From the NCBI GenBank assembly GCA_964451165.1, contig CAYVGJ010000001.1, forward strand, positions 47,071 through 111,070: 64,000 nt of DNA, read 5' to 3'. Shown in pieces: positions 10,101 to 19,100 of the stretch. This stretch comes from an uncultured bacterium (GTDB taxonomy: Bacteria; Auribacterota; Auribacteria; Auribacterales; Auribacteraceae). The position numbers and the translations under genes were made by a program. How positions within the stretch are numbered: position 1 is the stretch's first letter; each line of letters begins with the position of its first letter. The notes below the pieces were generated by a model. It was not told where the DNA came from, did not search any database, and was given only the letters and a program-made list of their open reading frames with translations.

Positions 10101-13100
10101 TTCCAGCGGCTTTTATGGGCCATGAGGTAGCTATAGGCAACGATGTGATTGAGGATCTTGTGAGTTATGACCTTTCGCCGGATCAGTTTTTGATTCGGAT
10201 GGGAGATATACTTTACAATCCATGGAATTCCCAGGAAGACCGCAACATCCTTATTCAGAACGCTAAGATATTTATTAACAAGGCAGATAAACCGCAATAT
10301 TTAAAAGCGTTATTCGATCTGCTTCAGTTTCAGAATAACAAGGAGATCGTGTTCCCGGAACCGAAAAAAGAGGGTGACGAAAAAAAGGATGGCGTACCGG
10401 ATAAAAGCGGATTGTTTTCTAATTCAAAACCGGAAGATTTATACACGATTCTCATCGGCAATGCGCCTCTTGATGAAAAAGAATCAGCGATAGTATACCT
10501 TTCTAATTCCAGAAACAAAGAGTCTCTGGAATTACTTATGAAATATATGGACCAATCCGTACCCTCCAAACTAATCCGAACAACGGTAGACAGGCTCGTA
10601 ACAAAGATATTGCTCGGTATAACTAACGGTACTCTGACGACATCGGAAGGGCTCATAGCCATAGATAAACTTATGCAGACATATTCGCGCAGTCATTATC
10701 TGGATATGAAAAAAGCCATTCTCGAGAATTTAGCGGATATGGCTTTGGCTCCCAATATTCCTATTTCCGTAAAAGCTGTTGTTCTCATGTTTCTTGAATC
10801 TGCTCAGAACGGCCCGGATATAACCATGCGTGAAACCGCAAGAAAACTTTTCCGTGAAAAAGAAGGTTATTCCCGTATGGGATTGGTAGCTAAAGATATT
10901 TTCGATGGGAAGGCAAGAGATGAGATTCAACTTATCATGAATAATATGGGCAACATAAACCTTCTTGCCAGAAAAGGATTGAACAATGTTGACCGTCTTG
11001 ATCTCGATACTGCTCTTGAGATTTATAACTCGACAAAACAAACCAGAATCCTTTTTGAGCTTGAGTCCACACCGACAATAGATCAGTTCAGAAAAATCTC
11101 AGAACTTGCCATCGAAATTATTTTACTGCGTGACCGTTACACAGGGAAATGGTACATATTAAACGGCGATGAATACAGCATTGATAGTGAAATACTGTTA
11201 AACCAGCTTTTAACAGGAAGTTTTGACGTAAATATTCATAACCACCCGACAGAGAGGATACCTACACCCAGCGGAGCCGATTTGAAAACTGCCCGGCTTG
11301 CCGAACATAATTTTATCATCGCAGGGGATGGGCTTATGACGTACGGTACTCCGACCAAATCGCCTTCCGGAGGAACTGGTGTAGTTGATCTTGATGTCTT
11401 CGAAAAAACATACAATTCATGGGCGGATGATAAAACGATAGATCAGAAAACATTGTTTTGGCTTGCTCGAAAAGATTACGGTGTTGAACTGAAGTTTCAG
11501 AAATGGAATGAGATTAATCTGAATGAAACAATACCGCCTTCAGTTTCGTTGCCGGATCTGCTTTATGATCAGTCGCCTTTTGTTCAATCAATAGGTATAA
11601 ATGCTTTGATGGGTTATAATTATCAGGATTTAGCGGGTGCTGTTAACCTGATATCCGCTGTTTATGATAAATCAAAGGATTCTTCTTATTATTTAGTATC
11701 GGATTCGTCACGGAAAACGGTGAATTATTTCTTTGATGAGATGGAACATATGCTCGATAATCTCATTTTGAGGTTAGGGATAATTCAGGAATCCCTATTG
11801 GCAGCAAAACCATATGTTGATGAAACCATTGGGCGTAAACTCGCTATGCCTGAACGTGCTCAGTTTATTCTGGATAATATTGATAAATATAAAAACGCTA
11901 TCGATACTTTCGATCTGCAATCGTTTGACAACCTTCAGATAATCGCGCAAGCACTTATCGGATTGAAAGATCTTACATCCGATATGGAGAAATATTTGTT
12001 CAATATCGAGATTGCCTTAAACGATATCCTTGAGGATATTCCCCGTCAGGATATGGTTGAGTTTGGTGAGATCTCAGCGTTTCAGCGCAATATTCAGTCT
12101 GCCTTAAACGAGATTTCGACACTGAACGAATTCCTCAGCGAATCCGATGCGGGAACACAATTACAGAACCAGCAAATGCGTCCGTCTGAATTTGGGCCTG
12201 CGGTAAAAAGGGAAAGTGCTAAAGAAACAGCTGTTTCGTTTGCTTCCACAAGAAAGAATACTGCGTTAACGGCTGAAAATATTATAAGAGAACTATCTTC
12301 ACCTGTACCTACGGAATTATCCGATGCGATTATAAGCGAGATGTCCACGAAGATGTTTCTGGCGAATAAAGAGATAACTATAGATATTTTTAAGAAATAT
12401 AATTCGATCATCGACAACCATCCGGATTTAAAAAAGAAGGTGGCGGATTTATTCGCGCAAGCACTGGCTAATTCTCTGGCGGATAAAAATCTGATAATGG
12501 GTAACGATATAAAACCGTTCACACTTATTACGGGCGGGTTTTTAAATAATTTCGGATTGGAGTATTTAAATCCCTTATACACATATTTTCATGGAAAACC
12601 ACCTGGATTTTTTAAAGATGTTATTTATGGAGAATATATTGAGGTAAATAATATACGGATACCATTGCTGTTTATAGCCCATAGCGCAACATTGAGCAAT
12701 GGTGTGGCTGTAGAACTTGCGTCTTCGCAATTACCCAAATCCGAGTTTATTGAGAAAATGTCGAAACTTCTTTACAATGATCTGGTAACACCACGGATGC
12801 GCAGTTTCATATTCTCAAATGTAAGCGACTATCTTAAAACCAATAACAAGACAGATTTATTAACCGCATTGTATACACTTACCGCTGATCACAATAGCCA
12901 GGAGTTTGAGTTGCCTGATGCTCGCAAGAAACCATCATATCTGAGTATGGCAAAACTGGCTTTTTTCAGGATAAACATGATTGTATCGAGATCAACAAAA
13001 CCTGAAAAACTGCGTGATTTACTTCTCAGCGACAAACCAGTAGGGCAAAAAGAATACGCGCTGATGCTTCTTGGAGAGTCAAATTTACCTGATTCGCTGG

Positions 13101-16100
13101 ATATACTACAGAATTATGTTTTTAATAATCTGCAACCGGAATTGAGCACTCTTGCCCTGGGAATTCTTATGGAAAAAACCCAGAAATGGGTTAGTGAAGG
13201 CAAAATTTCCATAAATGTGGCTTCAGAAATTGTCACTCAGGTAATAAAGATGTTGGGCCAACTCAGGTATCTTGAACCTAAACAGGCAATTCTCACAGGG
13301 CTTGGCAACTTGGCTAAAGATAAGAAAATCGATTGGCAACTGCGGGCTGTTGCCCTGACACAACTTGAATCTGCTCAATTAGGGCCTGATATAACCGTTT
13401 TGATTACCGCTAAAGAAATTTTTGAAAATATCAATGGATACAGATTGGTTAAAGAACTGTCTAACCTTATTATTCAAGGTAAGCTTGATGATAAATTACC
13501 ATACCTTATGGATAAAATCAAAACTCCTGTGGATCTTGCTGAAATGGGTCTTTCCAGGGTGGATAAAATCAGTATTGAAACCGCTATCGATATATATCGG
13601 CAAAACACGAAGCCAGGTATTATATTTGAGCTGAAAACAATACCAACAATAGAAGATTTGAAAATGTTGGCGGATCTTCCTTTTGAAGTTCTTGTCCTTC
13701 GTGAAAGGGATTCACATAAATTTTATATAGTAAGCGGTGACGAAACATCAGTCAATACGCAGGTACTTCGTTATTTGAGTGCAGTAGGAAAAGTTGATCT
13801 GGCAATCCATAACCATCCCGAACAAGATATAACCAGACCAAGTGATACGGATATTGTTTATGGAGCGAAAAATACCGAGAATAATTACATTATCGGTAAA
13901 AAAGGTATGGCTAAATTTAATCAGGTAACTCATATGCCACCTTTTATGACTCCGGTACGGATAAACGATATGAGTGATTTTCTTTCCTTAGTAGAAACAT
14001 GGTTGAGCATGAAAGGCGAACCGAATCCGACAGATATTATGACACACCTGTTAATGTTCCGGGATTTCGGAGTGGATTATAAATTCGAGTATTGGGAAGA
14101 TATCGATTTCAATAAAATACTTTCTTCATCCAACCCGGTAAACAGTTTAATAATCAATCAGAAACCTTCATTACAAGGCATAGGGATAACAAGTATTGCA
14201 AACTCCTCATATCCGAATTTAATTAATGCGATAGGAGCATTGAAAATAATCGAGGGAAGCTCAATAAACAGTAATGTCAAATTTGTTAATGAGTTATCGC
14301 AAGCCGCCAGATCGAATTTTTACGATCAGATGAATAACCTGCGGGATGTTTTTGAATATAAATTCGGACTTATCAACAAATGGTTGTATAGCAATCAGGG
14401 TTATTTCCTGGACACAATTGCGTTAGAGCTCGGTAAACAAGATCAGGCAACCGCTGTTATCTCAGCCATTCATGATTTCGATATCATTTTAAACAAATTC
14501 AAAGTTCCTGATATTGACAATATTTATAATGCTAACGTTTTTTTAGATCAATTGAAATCGACAGTACCTAAGTTGCTGGTTACGTTGAATACTATCTCAG
14601 CTAATTTGGAAGAATTGCTGATAGATTTAAGTTCATCTAATCCCAAAGAGTACATAAAATTGCTTGAATTCAACAGGCGGCTTGAAAACGCTATCGATAT
14701 ATCTGCGTTCATGATGAATATTCTTGCTCCTTCGGTTAATAATGCGTCTTCAATGCCTTTATCTGAATCATCATTTAATGATCCGGCTAAGAAAAAAGAA
14801 GTTATATCTGCGGATTATGTTCCTCCAATGGATTTGGTGCCAGATTATATCCCGTTACCTGTGTATTCCGCTCAGAAAGATTTCAAAAACCATTATAATG
14901 CGGTAGCCGATTTCATATTGAATGCCAACAAAATGCTGGAGTCTTCGAATTCGTTTGAGCGGAGGTTAAACGAGCTGGTGTTTCTGTTCTATGAAACAGG
15001 AGTATACAGGGCGTTTCAGGATAATACGGTCAATCCGTTTGAGTTACTCATGTTTTTAAATTTAAGTTCATCGGAGAAAATATTGATTCAGATGCTCAGC
15101 ACTATCAACGGTGATGGTCAACTAAACAGGTTCTTTGAATCGCTGAATTTTACCGCTGAACAGAAAGAAACAGTTCATTTCTTCTTAAATGTAATAACAC
15201 ATGGCGTGATATCCGCCATACCTTCTCGACCGATCATTGAAATGCGGTGGCAAACACTTATACGGCCTGAACTTGTGCTTGACGGTAATCCTTTATCCGG
15301 CGAGCTAACAAAAGACGGAGCGAAGGGGATTGCCGCAATTACGCGAAAAATAGACATGGATTCTAAAGATGTTGAAATTACTGTGAACGGAAAAAAGATT
15401 TTTCTTCGGACGGAATCGAGAATTATCAGCGAACTTGGTTTTACCGGTGAAACAGCTGTTGCGGATTTCGCGAAATTCGTTAAGGAAGGCATTGATGGCA
15501 GGGGTGAATACCTTTTTTCCGGATTGGTTGAAGGCGAAACGCTGTATATTGGTGTTGTGGATGCATCTGCGACTTTGTTTGCGGATCATATAGACGACGG
15601 GTTTATCGGAATCAACCGCGGGTTTTTTGCCATGCTGGATAAAAAATTCCAGAAACCGGCTTTTCTTGTCGGATTGACTCACGAGTTGCGCCATGAAGCG
15701 GGAGTTTACCGCAACACAGTATTGGTTGAGGATACTCCATCAGTTGAAAAAATACTTACCGATGAGGATGTAGAGTTTACCAAAACACTAATACCTGATC
15801 TTAAAGGTTTTGCGCAATCCCTGTCACTGATTGTTGGCGAGAATGCCGATATTGATGTTCCGGATTATCTCCGTCAGATCAAAAGAGAAATTATTACCGC
15901 TGAAGCTCCGCCGGCAAAACAACCTGTAACTCTGGAAAAGCCCTTAACTCAATCGGAAATTATTGCTGAGTTTGCTAAACCGATGTCTACTCCATTATTC
16001 TGGGATATCCTCAACGAAATAAATGCTATGTTTAAGATAGATGGAAATATTGATATTGGGATTCTTGATAAGTATACGCAGTCCGCTGCGGCAAACCCTC

Positions 16101-19100
16101 TTGTTAGCAAAAAGATAGCGAACTTGATAGCAATATCAATGACAGCCAGGTTGGAGGTTCCTGTTTCAGAAAGAGGAAGGTTAAACCAGCTTATCTCGTC
16201 TACTTTGGATCTGGGGGGCGTGGATTTGACGGAACAAATTTATACAGCACTCAAATCCCAGCCGATTGATTATTTGAGCTCAATAGCCAATAAGAACCAT
16301 TATAATGGCAAGACAGCTCGTGTTTATGGTACTGAAATACCGGTTGTACTGCTAAATACGGTAGATTTGTTTAGAAAACGGATTGTTGAGAAGTTATTTA
16401 TGGATGAGAACCTGAAACCGCGCGATTTATACCGGGATTTAAGAAAAGTTCTGTATGGAGAAAATATCACGGAATCAGCCAGATCCGAAATGATTAAAAC
16501 AGCGTCCAAACTTCTTAAAACCCTAACCCCTGACGGGGTTCCGGTTGTAAAGGATTCGGTGGATAAAGCCAAAATGTTTTATCTTCTTATAACCAGGTAT
16601 AACAATAAAGAACTGGTTATGCCAGAACTCAGCAAACTGCCGAAATTTAAAAATATCATCCGAAGAGTCGTTTTAGGTAAAATAAATTTCAGAAATGTAC
16701 CGCGCAACCTTGCTCCGGGTGCGATTCAGTTAATTCTGTTAAGACTCCAACAGATGGTACAGCAAGGAGAAATGAATACCGAACAGGCATCGCGAATAAT
16801 TTTTCTGTTGGGAAACCATTACAGAAAAAGCAATTTTATAGATCAGAAAAAGAGTATACTTGAAGGGTTTGGGAAACTCGCGGCGAATAAGTCTATATCT
16901 CCGGCTTTACGGGCGATATCGTTAATATATATCGAATCTGCTCAGACCGGAGATGATATCTCAACCAGGGGAATCGCTACGGAAATATTCGCTGAAATAA
17001 AAGGGTATAGTTTAATGAAATCTTTAACCGGCAAGATAGAAACTAATCTTGCTCAGGTAATTGAGTCTATGGGCGCCAAACCTTATCTTGCGGATGATAT
17101 CCTTCTGGATGTTGATAAAGTACCTTTCGATTTCGCGCTTGAAACATTTAAAGCCATAAGAACAAAATGTACCTGTTTTGAGCTCGAATCGGCTCCAACG
17201 CTGTCTCAATTGCGGATGCTCTCCGATCTTGATTTCGAAACCCACTTGCTACACGACAAATTAACAGGTAAATATTATATCATAAATGGCGAGCAGTCAA
17301 CCATAAGGACTGTTATAACATCCATATTTGCGCAAACAGGGCGTGTGGATATATCCATTCATAACCACCCCTCTTTTGTGCCTGAGCAGGAAGCTATTCG
17401 CCCAAGCGCATCGGATATGGTATCTGCGCGTCTCAGTGTGCACAATTTTATTATTACCAAAACAGGAATTGTAAGATTCGGATCGCCTAAAATCAAGCCA
17501 AGTACCGGTAAAAACCATGTTTATCAAACAACTAAAGAGCTTGAGATGGAAAGGGATAAATGGATAGCGAAAATAGGCGCCGAGAATGCCACATGGGATA
17601 ATTATAACCGTACGTTCGGAATGGATATGGAAATTAGCGCTTGGAAAGATATTGCCGAATCACAAACCGTCGATCAATTCGCCGCTTCGTTTGCGACTCA
17701 AATGCCTGATACAGAAATTTTGGCTCTCGGTATATCGAGATTTAATCAGATGATGTATATGTTCGATAAAATTCAGAATCTCAATCAAATCGTCAGCTCA
17801 GGCGATGAAATAAGATCACAATCCGCGTCAGACGTGATACTTAGGTTTAATAGTTTATTTAATGAGTTCCAGTCGGTTGTTAAATTTAAAGCTACTGCTA
17901 TATCTGCCTGGCTAAAGGATGAATCGGGTTTTATTAAAGGTCAGTTGAGTATTTCTGACCCGTCAGCCGCTACCAATATTTTACGGAAATTAACGCAGAT
18001 TGAACAACTTCTGGATTCGATAAAAACAAAAGATGTTCGTGATCTGCAAAATGCCCGGGTACAAATATCGGATATTCTTAGCGTTTTATCCGAGACACAT
18101 AGAATAATGTTTGATATTACGCGCGATTTAAACCAATTGATGGCCCAGCTTCAAAGTATCGATCCCAAACAGTACCGTCTTGTTTCTGATTTTCGGATTC
18201 ATATGAAAAAAGCTATCGCTGAAATCAATAATATGAGAAAAATTCTGGAATACTCGGGTATAAAACCTTCCCTTGAGATCATAACTCAGGAAGACGATTT
18301 GTTTGCCAAACCCGATAGATTGTCTCTTGATTCGATACTTGGTTCGGCAAATATTGATTTGACTCAGATTGTGAAAGATTTACGGGATATAAAAACAGAT
18401 AAGACGCAGTACCCACAGATTTCAGTGGTTACCCGTAAAATATCAGCTATCGATACTGAATTGCCGTTCAATATAAAGGTAATGCAAATAGGCGCAGCGC
18501 TTGTGGATACCGGAGTTGCCGACCTGATCCGCAAAGGAAAAGCGGATTTGTTTGAGCTTGTTTCACAACCGAATTTCTTGCCGCGGGAACAGCGGATATT
18601 CACTGATTTGCGAAATACACAAACGGAAAAAGAATTTATCGACGTCATAAAAAAACACAGGATGACTTTTAATGAAGTGAAAGAAATCAAACGCCTATTT
18701 GAATTTACTCCCGGTGGAATACCAAAAGGCATATCGTCAGGAGTAATGCGGTTTCAGGCTTATATCAGGCCCGATATAAAGGTTGGCAAACAAAAAGTAG
18801 CCGGCAAATTGTCGAAAAACGGGTTTACCGATCTTGATAATATAAAAAAGGAGATTGCGAAAGATTCGAGTACGGTTGTTGTTTCGGTTGCCGGAAAGAA
18901 CATTAATATTGCCGTAGAGAATGAAATCCTCAAAAGGTTAGGGTTTACTTCGGAAAACCGGGTCGCTGAATTTTCGGAGTTTTTGAGATCGGCGTTAGTT
19001 ATTCGTGGCGAAACCCTTTTTTCAGGATTAACAGGCGGAGAAACCATACATCTTGGTATTGCCGATACTTCAGATACATTGTTTGTCGACCATAACGACA

